A stretch of DNA of 34,216 nt from Candidatus Minthenecus merdequi (GCA_018064385.1 JAGHVI010000199.1:1-34216), one strand, 5' to 3'; counted from the first letter of the stretch, positions 1 to 7,960 are shown. The notes: generated by a model not told the origin, from the letters alone. Numbers and translations are program-made.

Positions 1-15
1 AGCAAGGCATTTATA

Positions 16-35
16 GTTTTGCTTTTTAGCAAAAC
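16..35. terminator. 8-bp hairpin GTTTTGCT-TTTT-AGCAAAAC at the window edge. It may be the terminator of an upstream gene that lies outside the window.
   Basis: Perfect inverted repeat read directly from the sequence. No clear U-tract follows it. Confidence 0.3.
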
Positions 36-77
36 GGCCGCAGCGAGGGGAGCAATCTCTGATTGCGACGGAGGTAA

Positions 78-104
78 ATAGCGGGCTATGTGACCGACTG
101 ACAA
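78..104. repeat. 27-bp segment ATAGCGGGCTATGTGACCGACTGACAA. Its perfect reverse complement occurs at 28565..28591.
   Basis: Compared base by base. The core ATAGCGGGCTAT is itself near-palindromic. Confidence 0.9.
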
Positions 105-177
105 GCAGCAAGATGCAAAAATAAACTCAAAAGCGTCCAACAATGAACCATCCGCCTTGTAACTTAAAAACATAATT

Positions 178-190
178 AATAGAACTACCC
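178..190 (+). repeat. Copy of the AATAGAAC(T/C)ACCC box (here AATAGAACTACCC), immediately upstream of the ATG at 193.
   Basis: 18 of 19 identity between TAATTAATAGAACTACCC (173..190) and the reverse complement of 32540..32558. Confidence 0.7.
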
Positions 191-192
191 TT

Positions 193-2094
193 ATGATACA
201 AGCCCTCTTTAATATCCTTGTGATGATGGCTCTTTACACCATCTCACGTCTGTTTTTCTATCTGACAAATATCGATGTGTTCGGCGATGTTCCGTTCAAT
301 CATCTGTTTGAGATGCTTGCAGGCGGATTACGTTTCGACCTTACTGCAATACTCTATCTGTCGTCTGTCTATCTGGTGCTTGCTTTGATACCTCTTCCCA
401 TAACCTGGCGTTCAAATAAGGTTTATGCCCGGGTACAAAAGTATCTTTTCCTTGTCCCTAATGCTTTAGGATTGCTGGCTAACTGTGCAGATATGGCATA
501 TTTCCGTTTTACAGACCGTCGTACAACCTGTTCTTTTTTTACTGAATTTGCTGGCGAGACTAACCTCTTTTCGGTTGTGGCTAATGCTTTTGTTGACTAT
601 TGGTATGTAACATTTTTTGCTGTCGCTCTAATTGTCGTTCTCTGCTTTGTGTATTTGCCATACAAACCACTCTTTAAGTTATCAACCAAACACTATTATA
701 TCGGTTCGGCTGTGGGTCTCGCTGTTTTCGGTTTCCTGACAATCATCGGCTTACGCAGTTCTTTCCGTTTTGTTGACCGTCCTCTCGGTCTGAACGATGC
801 GATGCTTTATGCCAATCGTCCCTCTGAAACTTTTCTTGTGCTGAACACCCCTTTTTCGGTTATCCGTACTATAGGCAACAGTTCATACGAGAATCCTCAG
901 TTTTTCCCGGATAATGAACTTGACAGCATTTTTACTCCTGTAATTGATAAATCATCCCAGCCTCTCGTCAATGGAAACCCAAATGTTGTGGTCTTTATCC
1001 TCGAAAGTTTCGGTGCTGAACATATTGGTTTTTACAATCCGGAATCTAAACCTTATACCCCTTTTCTTGACTCGATTTTTGCCGAATCCATCGTGTTTCG
1101 CCACGCTTACGCCGTGGGTCGTAAATCGGTTGACGCTCCACCTGCCATTCTGTCTTCAATCCCCAAACTTTACGAATCTTTTGTCCTCTCGTCTTACAGT
1201 GTAAATAAGATATCTTCGCTTGCTTCTATCCTGGACGACCGAGGATACTATACCGCTTTTTTCCATGGTGCCAACAATGGCAGTATGGGGTTCAACGCCT
1301 ATGCTCTCAATGCCGGTTTCAAACATTACTTCGGTGAAAACGAGTATTATAAAGATTCTCTTTCTGACCAAAATCCCGATATGGGTAACTGGGGCATCTG
1401 GGACGAGGATTTCTTCGCTTTTTTCGGTCGTAAACTGAACCAATTGCCCGAACCTTTCTGCTCTGCTATTTTTACACTCTCGTCTCACCATCCTTTCAAA
1501 GTACCTGCCAAGTACGAGAATGTCCTCCCTCAATCATCGAATCCTCTCTGCCGGGTTATATCTTACACTGACCTTGCTCTCCGTGGATTGTTTGAACAAA
1601 TCTCGTCCCAACCATGGTTCAATAACACAATTTTTGTCTTTGTCGCTGACCATACCAGCGAATCGGTAAATCCTGATTACCTGACTGACGAAGGGCTTTT
1701 CCGTATTCCTCTGGCTTTTTATATCCCTAAACTTGTAAATAATGCCGATTCCATCGCTTTTCAATACCCGTATATTGACTCGACCACTGTTGCTTCACAA
1801 GTTGATATTCTCCCTTCAATTATGTCTCTTCTCGGCTCTCGTCAGCCTTTCTTTGCTTTCGGCAGTGATGTGGTTTCTTCAGCTAAGCAGTATAATTATG
1901 CTGTGACTTTCCATTATCCTTTTTTTCAAGTTATCTCTCTCAATGGCTATATTCAGTTTGACGGCAAAAATGTTGTCTCAGTCAACGGAAATCTTTCGCA
2001 GAATGAACAAAACGATATGCTTATTTTTCTGAAAGCCTACATTCAACAATATGTCGTCCATCTTCTTGGCAATTCTATGTTTTGCGCTAAATAA
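193..2094 (+). CDS. LTA synthase family protein. It has a sulfatase or alkaline-phosphatase-fold transferase domain and an N-terminal polytopic membrane domain.
   Basis: 633-aa ORF. Several hydrophobic helices occupy the first ~200 aa, followed by a sulfatase-fold region (VVVFILESFGAEH, FTLSSHHPF, FVADHTSE). Confidence 0.75.
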   Translation: MIQALFNILVMMALYTISRLFFYLTNIDVFGDVPFNHLFEMLAGGLRFDLTAILYLSSVYLVLALIPLPITWRSNKVYARVQKYLFLVPNALGLLANCADMAYFRFTDRRTTCSFFTEFAGETNLFSVVANAFVDYWYVTFFAVALIVVLCFVYLPYKPLFKLSTKHYYIGSAVGLAVFGFLTIIGLRSSFRFVDRPLGLNDAMLYANRPSETFLVLNTPFSVIRTIGNSSYENPQFFPDNELDSIFTPVIDKSSQPLVNGNPNVVVFILESFGAEHIGFYNPESKPYTPFLDSIFAESIVFRHAYAVGRKSVDAPPAILSSIPKLYESFVLSSYSVNKISSLASILDDRGYYTAFFHGANNGSMGFNAYALNAGFKHYFGENEYYKDSLSDQNPDMGNWGIWDEDFFAFFGRKLNQLPEPFCSAIFTLSSHHPFKVPAKYENVLPQSSNPLCRVISYTDLALRGLFEQISSQPWFNNTIFVFVADHTSESVNPDYLTDEGLFRIPLAFYIPKLVNNADSIAFQYPYIDSTTVASQVDILPSIMSLLGSRQPFFAFGSDVVSSAKQYNYAVTFHYPFFQVISLNGYIQFDGKNVVSVNGNLSQNEQNDMLIFLKAYIQQYVVHLLGNSMFCAK

Positions 2095-2103
2095 AAATTT
2101 CTT

Positions 2104-4536
2104 ATGAGAACCATTTACACGATACTCTTTTTTTGCCTGACTTTTTCTCTTTCTCTTTCTGCCCAGGTCAAGATTGTTAACATCGGTGTTATTCCTACTC
2201 CTCAGTGTGTGATTTTTACCGAAGGATCGGCTGATATTGCCAAAGCCAAACTGAACGCTTATCGTGTGCCTTCGCTCGAAGGTGTGAAAAATCAACAGGG
2301 AGCATACATCATAAAAGTAGAAAAAAGACGCATAAATATATTTTATTCTGACGATGAAGGATTGTCAAATGCTAAACATACATTCGATTTAATGTGCATC
2401 CATTTTGGCGACAACATTCCTTGTATGACAATAACCGACTGGCCGGCTTTCCTCAACCGTGGTTGGCTGGACGACATAAGTCGTGGTCCTGTTACCACAA
2501 ATTCGTTCAGCCGCAAACAATTCGACCGTTTGTCACGCTGGAAAATGAATTTCGGTTCTTACTACACCGAGCATACCCTCTATAATCCTCAATACCCTGA
2601 CATCATCCCTCCTCTCAATTTCAACAGCAACCCCCGAAATTCAATGGCTAACCTGCAATGTTTCGCCCATTTCGAGAAGACGCTGCGTATTCCTTTCTAT
2701 CTTGCGATGATGGACTCGCGTACCAACCTCAATCCAGCCGTGAATCAAACCTATGATTTCCTCCGAAGTCAGATTGCCAATACTTGGAATTTCTATAAAA
2801 ACTCACGTTTCTTTAACATAAATTGCGACGAAACTGAGGGGCTTGGCAGTGGCCGTGCACGTGACTATGTGTCTATGGTAGGTGCAGATACTGCTTATTG
2901 CAGACATATCCGCCGTGTCTATGATATAGTGGTTGATGAGGCATTGAAACTCGGAAAGGATACCCCAGAAGTACTGATGTGGGGTGACATTGTCGGTAAA
3001 AATCCCGACATGATTGAATATCTTCCTCAACAGATGAATTTCATAGTTTGGTCGTATGCTGCCGCCGACAGTTATAACGCTATGCTTGAACCATTCCATA
3101 ATACCAAGTTTTGGATTGCGCCTGGAGTCAGCCACTGGAGTTCTATTCCTTTCGTCAACAATTATATCAAAAATATCGCCAATTTTGCCCGTGATGGTTA
3201 CATAGCCGGGGCGCGTGGAATAATCAATACTTCCTGGGATGACAGCGGTGAAGCACTGTTTGCCGACACTTGGCATGCTATGGCTTGGGCTGCCGAAATG
3301 GCTTGGCATCCTCTGACCAGCTCGGACCCTCAGGAACTTCGTATGCGCGAGGAGATTTTCAACGAGATTTATTCAGAACTCTATGGTGATGTTAAACCTA
3401 TATACGCTCTTGGTGCTTTGGCTGATAATAAGTGGGTTGGAGAGTGGTTCAACACTGGCGCTCTCTACCAACCTCTCCTTAATCTCCATCACTCTAATAC
3501 CGATGATGATGTCCTGGTTCGTTGCGATTCTGTCGAAAGCATTGTTAATGACATTCTTGCTGTCACTGATTCTGCCCTTCTCCCTCATGTGACTTACGGC
3601 TGTCACCGCATTTTGACAGTCTCAGCCAAAAACCGTTTCCGTGTATTGCTCAGCCGTGCTCTCGCTGACCATAATATAGCACCTGTCAATGATTTTGCTG
3701 ACAGTTATTTCGTTATGCTACACAATTTGAAACGTGAGTATCTCCGACTTTGGGATCAAGAGGCAACTGCATACAGCCGCGAAATAGTTTCACAACGTTA
3801 TGATGACCTTGCCAATGAGATTTCCGAAGCTTTGCATCATGTCTTCATATCTAATGATGACTCTGATGTAACTCTTTCTGTTATTGACACTTCCCTTACT
3901 ATATATTATACCCTTGATGGGCGCAAACCTTCTGAAGGTTCTTCAATATACTCTTCTCCTTTGCATATTGACCATAGTTGTCTTGTTCAAGCAATGACTC
4001 TTGACCGTTGGGGTACACCTCATTACTCTTCTCAATATACTCTTTCACACCTTGGTATGGGTCATCGTTCCGCCCTCAACAGCACTTACAGCGATTATCG
4101 CCCGGTTTATAGCGGTGGCGGTGAAAATGCTCTCGCTGATGGTGTCCTCGGCAGTGACGATTCGTATGCTGATGGTCATTGGCAAGGGTTTGCCGGTTGC
4201 GATATTTCTATTGATTATGACTTCGGAAAAGTTCTGACTGTGAACAATGTCTCTTTCCGTGCTTTGCAGAACACTTTCGATTGGATTCTTGCCCCTCAGA
4301 CGCTTGACATACAGGTTTCGCAGGATGGCTTGATTTGGACAACTGCACGTATCGAACATTTTGACCCTCAGTTCAATATCGGCGGCACAATAATACACAC
4401 TGATGCAGCGCACAACCTGAACCTAAATACCCGTTATCTTCGCATCTTAATACGTAATCCAGGTGAACTTCCATCCTGGCATCCTGGGAAAGGCAATCCA
4501 AGTTATCTTTTCATTGATGAGATTGTCATTGAGTGA
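2104..4536 (+). CDS. Secreted GH20 beta-N-acetylhexosaminidase-like protein with a chitobiase/hexosaminidase C-terminal domain and an F5/8 type C (discoidin) domain.
   Basis: Signal peptide present. ITDWPAFLNRGWLDDISRG matches the GH20 DxPxFxxRGxxLDxxR motif, and INCDETEG supplies the catalytic D-E pair. TIYYTLDGRKPSEGSSIYSSPLHI is CHB_HEX_C-like. The C-terminal ~150 aa look discoidin-like. The start lies 9 nt after the previous stop, suggesting an operon. Confidence 0.75.
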   Translation: MRTIYTILFFCLTFSLSLSAQVKIVNIGVIPTPQCVIFTEGSADIAKAKLNAYRVPSLEGVKNQQGAYIIKVEKRRINIFYSDDEGLSNAKHTFDLMCIHFGDNIPCMTITDWPAFLNRGWLDDISRGPVTTNSFSRKQFDRLSRWKMNFGSYYTEHTLYNPQYPDIIPPLNFNSNPRNSMANLQCFAHFEKTLRIPFYLAMMDSRTNLNPAVNQTYDFLRSQIANTWNFYKNSRFFNINCDETEGLGSGRARDYVSMVGADTAYCRHIRRVYDIVVDEALKLGKDTPEVLMWGDIVGKNPDMIEYLPQQMNFIVWSYAAADSYNAMLEPFHNTKFWIAPGVSHWSSIPFVNNYIKNIANFARDGYIAGARGIINTSWDDSGEALFADTWHAMAWAAEMAWHPLTSSDPQELRMREEIFNEIYSELYGDVKPIYALGALADNKWVGEWFNTGALYQPLLNLHHSNTDDDVLVRCDSVESIVNDILAVTDSALLPHVTYGCHRILTVSAKNRFRVLLSRALADHNIAPVNDFADSYFVMLHNLKREYLRLWDQEATAYSREIVSQRYDDLANEISEALHHVFISNDDSDVTLSVIDTSLTIYYTLDGRKPSEGSSIYSSPLHIDHSCLVQAMTLDRWGTPHYSSQYTLSHLGMGHRSALNSTYSDYRPVYSGGGENALADGVLGSDDSYADGHWQGFAGCDISIDYDFGKVLTVNNVSFRALQNTFDWILAPQTLDIQVSQDGLIWTTARIEHFDPQFNIGGTIIHTDAAHNLNLNTRYLRILIRNPGELPSWHPGKGNPSYLFIDEIVIE

Positions 4537-4732
4537 CATCTTGTTGCCTCAGATGGTGAGTTTATTGATTAGCCCAAAATTGTCTTGTGACGTGCCGGCA
4601 TGGATACCAAAGCCTTGAAGAGGCTTGACAAATCAGCCTATGGCGTTGCTCCTGACTTATCATAGACCTACAATTTGGGGAATTTGATTTATCCATTCTT
4701 ATGACTGGAATGATACGCCGTACATTTACAAC

Positions 4733-4966
4733 ATGTTCGTCAGGCTGAACATGCAGCAACAGCCAGTATATCTGACCAAGCATCTGGTGGAGCGTGGGGC
4801 ATGTGTCGTCGCCCCGTATTCAATCTCGCAAGGCACGCTTCCTGCAATCGTAGTGACGTCCGATGGCACCAACGATGTCACCGACATTGCAGTGGGCTCG
4901 CTGACAATCAACGAGCAGACTACCGTTGCGCAGTTTGCCAATGCCGTGGTGGTGAAAGGAAAGCAT
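4733..4966 (+). pseudogene. Possible remnant of a horizontally acquired gene (GC-rich, codon-periodic fragment). No family assigned.
   Basis: In frame 2 the codons are strongly RNY with G/C-rich third positions (GTC GTC GCC CCG ... GAT GGC ACC AAC GAT GTC ACC GAC), unlike neighbouring genes. The peptide VVAPYSISQGTLPAIVVTSDGTNDVTDIAVGSLTINEQTTVAQFANAVVVKGK looks protein-like. The frame then runs through AT-rich sequence and the next promoter. Confidence 0.25.
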
Positions 4967-5101
4967 TCCTCTCGCCTGAGTAGGACTGTACCGTTACTCC
5001 CTATCTACCTCTGGCGATATGCAAAACCTCTCATCTTCACCACCTTGCGAATTTTTCTGATTTTTTTCTGGGATTTCCTTGCCCACGTCCCAAATTTGTC
5101 G

Positions 5102-5109
5102 TACCTTTG
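5102..5109 (+). promoter_or_regulatory. Bacteroidota -7 box TACCTTTG (TAnnTTTG), serving the hydrolase gene.
   Basis: Exact match to TAnnTTTG followed by CA, 65 nt upstream of the ATG at 5174. Confidence 0.6.
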
Positions 5110-5173
5110 CAGAAACAATACTATGGTAAAAATAAGTAAAATAACTAACTAATAAATAATTAATTAAACAAAT

Positions 5174-6535
5174 ATGAAAAAGATTTTTTTTTCACTAATC
5201 GCTGTTGCCTCTATCGCATTAACAGGATGTAAGGAATCCAAGAACGAACCTACACCAACACCAACGGACAAATATATAGATGTCCGTAAGAGCGGAGTGG
5301 AGTTTGTGCAAGACTGCCAGCTGAATCCGGAGATCTATGTGTTGGATAACTCCGAGAAAACACTTCGGTCGTTGCGTTATGTTCCGCAATCCAAAGGCCT
5401 TATATACTTTATGGATTACGATGTGCATTTCCCTTGGGAGAAATATATTCGTGACGGACAAACAGCTCCCCGTTATCAGGTAGATGATTTTCAACCGTTC
5501 AACGACGATGTAAACATAGAATTCTATGGAGGCACACAGATAGACTTTGGTCCGTATATAGACGCTCCGCGTGGCTGCTCGGGTTTCGTGTGCAAAAATC
5601 CTTCGGGTGAATTGCTTTTCGGACGTAACTTGGACGGTATCCCCGGTGCAATGGTTGTTCTGTTCAATAAAAACCCACGTCCCGGAGAGTATAAAAGCGT
5701 GATGCTTTCCAATATAACTTATGCCCAACGTTGGAACGGTACCGAGCTGTACGACAAAGACAGTTGTTTGTTAGATCCCCAAATGAACATTGATGTTATA
5801 TTGCGTCAAAACATGGCAGTGATGGATGGTATGAACGAGTATGGTTTGTGTTTTGCCGCATATCAGTTGCCTAACACGCAAGACGGAACAGAATTCGAAT
5901 TTCCGGGCGACACCAAGCGGCCAGTTTCCATTGACCAGCAAGCCGATGGTAAAGATCAAATCACGCTATCTGTTTTGCATCATTTGATGCTTTCAACTTG
6001 CAAAACGGTGAAAGATGTCGTAAAACTGTTCAATAAATACAATTATACCACACTTTTGTCCAAGACCAATGTTCACTGGTTTGTGGCAGATGCCAGTGGC
6101 GACTACCGCGTGTTTGAGTATTGGAACCGTTATGATGCCGATACCCAAACTTGGACAGATACGCTGTATATAATGGGAGAAAAAGATCGTATGGCAGGCA
6201 CTCATGGTTCGCTTACTCAGGTGCCCTATGAATACAGTAGTATCGAGAATTACTATACCAATCCGGAAGCTAACGCTACATTTAATACCGACCGTTGGCA
6301 AAATACGTTCAGCAATAAGACTCGCATACACAGAATGATGAGTGCATATAGACCAGTCATGACCGAAGACCAGGCTCTGGAATGTCTGCAAGAGGGTAAT
6401 TTTGGAATGGAATATCCAGGTCAACTCACCGACTGGTCATGTATCTACAATCCAAAGAAAGGAACGTTGATATTCAATATGCACAACGACATGTCGGCTG
6501 TGTATTCAATCAATGTCTTTGACGAACTGAAATAA
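5174..6535 (+). CDS. Lipoprotein of the choloylglycine hydrolase / linear amide C-N hydrolase family (Ntn hydrolase), with a long N-terminal pro-segment.
   Basis: Lipobox LTGC (Cys19). In CSGFVCKNPSGELLFGRNLD the Cys-to-Arg spacing is 16 and Cys-to-Asp is 19, as in bile salt hydrolase Cys2/Arg18/Asp21. DGMNEYGL resembles the BSH GMNEKGL motif. Confidence 0.75.
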   Translation: MKKIFFSLIAVASIALTGCKESKNEPTPTPTDKYIDVRKSGVEFVQDCQLNPEIYVLDNSEKTLRSLRYVPQSKGLIYFMDYDVHFPWEKYIRDGQTAPRYQVDDFQPFNDDVNIEFYGGTQIDFGPYIDAPRGCSGFVCKNPSGELLFGRNLDGIPGAMVVLFNKNPRPGEYKSVMLSNITYAQRWNGTELYDKDSCLLDPQMNIDVILRQNMAVMDGMNEYGLCFAAYQLPNTQDGTEFEFPGDTKRPVSIDQQADGKDQITLSVLHHLMLSTCKTVKDVVKLFNKYNYTTLLSKTNVHWFVADASGDYRVFEYWNRYDADTQTWTDTLYIMGEKDRMAGTHGSLTQVPYEYSSIENYYTNPEANATFNTDRWQNTFSNKTRIHRMMSAYRPVMTEDQALECLQEGNFGMEYPGQLTDWSCIYNPKKGTLIFNMHNDMSAVYSINVFDELK

Positions 6536-6547
6536 CAAAAGTTGGAC

Positions 6548-6608
6548 TAATAGACATTTGTGGTGATAAAATTCCACCAGACTGTGAGTAATGGACATTT
6601 GTGGTGAT
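6548..6608 (+). repeat. Direct repeat pair TAAT(A/G)GACATTTGTGGTGAT. The 15-nt exact core sits at 6553..6567 and 6594..6608.
   Basis: Read directly from the sequence. A third, inverted copy of ATTTGTGGT(G/A)AT forms the right end of the palindrome. Confidence 0.85.
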
Positions 6609-6672
6609 GAGTCTTCCTCCTGAATTGAAAGGCTAGCCTTCCAATTCAGGAGGAAGACTCATTACCACAAAT
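6597..6672. repeat. 76-nt near-perfect palindrome with 36-nt arms (34 of 36 complementary) and a CTAG loop. It may be a very strong bidirectional terminator or a miniature inverted-repeat element.
   Basis: The arms ATTTGTGGTGATGAGTCTTCCTCCTGAATTGAAAGG and CCTTCCAATTCAGGAGGAAGACTCATTACCACAAAT were compared base by base. Confidence 0.85.
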
Positions 6673-6687
6673 ATCAAAAAAACTCCT

Positions 6688-6695
6688 TACCTTTG
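6688..6695 (+). promoter_or_regulatory. Orphan -7 box TACCTTTG with no plus-strand CDS downstream.
   Basis: Exact TAnnTTTGCA match, identical to the boxes at 5102 and 28381. The next plus-strand gene is more than 1.3 kb away, and a convergent gene ends at 6843. Confidence 0.45.
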
Positions 6696-6809
6696 CACAA
6701 CCTACTCCATACGGACAGTGAATATGATTATCAATCACTTACAATCAACCCAACATCAATATGCGTGACAAATCACTAACCTCCAATCATTACCCCCCCC
6801 AGCCTTAGT

Positions 6810-6832
6810 TCCTCAAAAATTCATTTTGAGGA
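6810..6832. terminator. 9-bp hairpin TCCTCAAAA-ATTCA-TTTTGAGGA, 10 nt beyond the hemW stop codon.
   Basis: Perfect inverted repeat. Neither strand has a good U-tract after it. Confidence 0.45.
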
Positions 6833-6842
6833 AATGACGATA

Positions 6843-7940
6843 TCAGGAAATAAAAGCTTCAGATATAATCATATCAGAGACATAGAAACCTTCCTCTGTC
6901 AAACAACATTTATCATTGGAAATATCCACTAAACCCGGAAACCTTTGCATAATATGTTCAAGATGTTTGCGCCTATCAAGTCCGAAACGGGTCTCTACTG
7001 ATAAAAGGTCAATACCATCACGTTTTCGCAATCCAAGCATAACCATCTCGTTGAAACAGTCATCAACAGTCAGAGTTTCAGAATCCCAAAACTTTTCGTT
7101 TGCTTCAATCGTTCGACAATACTTCAAAGTATTACCTATATTCCAACGTCTAAGGGAAACACCATCGAAAGAGTGAGCAGCAGGACCAAGTCCAACATAA
7201 GGGATTCCTTTCCAATAACCACTATTGTGAATTGATTCAAACCCAGGCAAAGCCCAATTTGATATTTCATAATGAATATATCCTGCTTCTTTAAGTCGGC
7301 TGGCTATTACTTTGTACATCTGAGCAGATTTTTCCTCATCAACGCCATTTATCCCTTTACGGGTAATTTTACTACCCTCCTCCATCATAAGAGAATAAGC
7401 AGATATATGTTGTACCCCTAACTTGAGAACTTCATCCAAAGTTTTGTTCAATCCATTGCCGGGAACACCGAAAATTATATCACAGGAAATATTAGAGAAA
7501 CCGACTTTCCAGGCTGATTTGACAGAATTTATTGCATCATCAGCACTATGACGTCTCTCCATCCAAATCAACTGTTCATCATCAAGGCTCTGAATGCCAA
7601 CGCTCAATCTGTTGACACCAATATCATACAAACCAGAGAGCCACTCTTCTGTCATATCTTCTGGATTACACTCTACTGTCCACTCTTTCAGTTCTGAAAA
7701 ATTGAAACTACTACCTACTATATTCTTTAGCCTCGCAATATCTTGCACACTGAGCATACTTGGTGTTCCACCACCGAAATATAATGTTTCAGCCTCACCA
7801 TTGCACCCCCGAATTGAAAGTTCACGCTCTATTGCCGAAATATACCTGTCTTTCAATCCGAAGTTTGTTCCGCTGATAAAATCACAATATGCACACTTGT
7901 GTCTGCAAAATGGCACGTGTATGTAAATCATCTGTTTCAT
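6843..7940 (-). CDS. hemW: Radical SAM heme chaperone HemW (HemN-like, oxygen-independent coproporphyrinogen oxidase family).
   Basis: The N-terminal IYIHVPFCRHKCAYCDF carries the CxxxCxxC radical-SAM motif. The 365-aa length and the remaining sequence are typical of HemW. Confidence 0.85.
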   Translation of the reverse strand: MKQMIYIHVPFCRHKCAYCDFISGTNFGLKDRYISAIERELSIRGCNGEAETLYFGGGTPSMLSVQDIARLKNIVGSSFNFSELKEWTVECNPEDMTEEWLSGLYDIGVNRLSVGIQSLDDEQLIWMERRHSADDAINSVKSAWKVGFSNISCDIIFGVPGNGLNKTLDEVLKLGVQHISAYSLMMEEGSKITRKGINGVDEEKSAQMYKVIASRLKEAGYIHYEISNWALPGFESIHNSGYWKGIPYVGLGPAAHSFDGVSLRRWNIGNTLKYCRTIEANEKFWDSETLTVDDCFNEMVMLGLRKRDGIDLLSVETRFGLDRRKHLEHIMQRFPGLVDISNDKCCLTEEGFYVSDMIISEAFIS

Positions 7941-7960
7941 TCTTCGACCAATTGAAGATG

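Noticed and set aside
36-77. The GTCGCAATCAGAGATTGCTCCCC-like stretch (minus strand), which superficially resembles a CRISPR repeat with an internal hairpin.
   Set aside because: It is a single copy with no regularly spaced repeats or spacers and no cas genes in the window. It is better explained as part of the modular intergenic repeat.
4560-5000. A known structured RNA (RNase P RNA, tmRNA, SRP RNA or cobalamin riboswitch) in the GC-rich gap.
   Set aside because: None of the signature strings I know are present: GAGGAAAGTCC for RNase P, an alanine-rich tag ORF plus a tRNA-like 3' end for tmRNA, GGAAGCAGCC-type for SRP, GCCACTG (the B12 box). Codon periodicity favours a protein-coding origin.
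4733-5152. 139-aa ORF from the track, considered as an intact gene.
   Set aside because: Only the first ~78 codons look coding (GC-rich, RNY periodic). The rest is AT-rich, runs through the TACCTTTG promoter of the next gene and ends 20 nt before its ATG. It was kept only as a possible gene remnant.
6607-6666. Mirror-image 9-codon mini-ORFs (MSLPPELKG and MSLPPELEG) on the two arms of the palindrome, preceded by AGGAGG on the opposite arm.
   Set aside because: These are a trivial consequence of the palindrome. Bacteroidota do not rely on Shine-Dalgarno sequences, and there is no evidence for translation.
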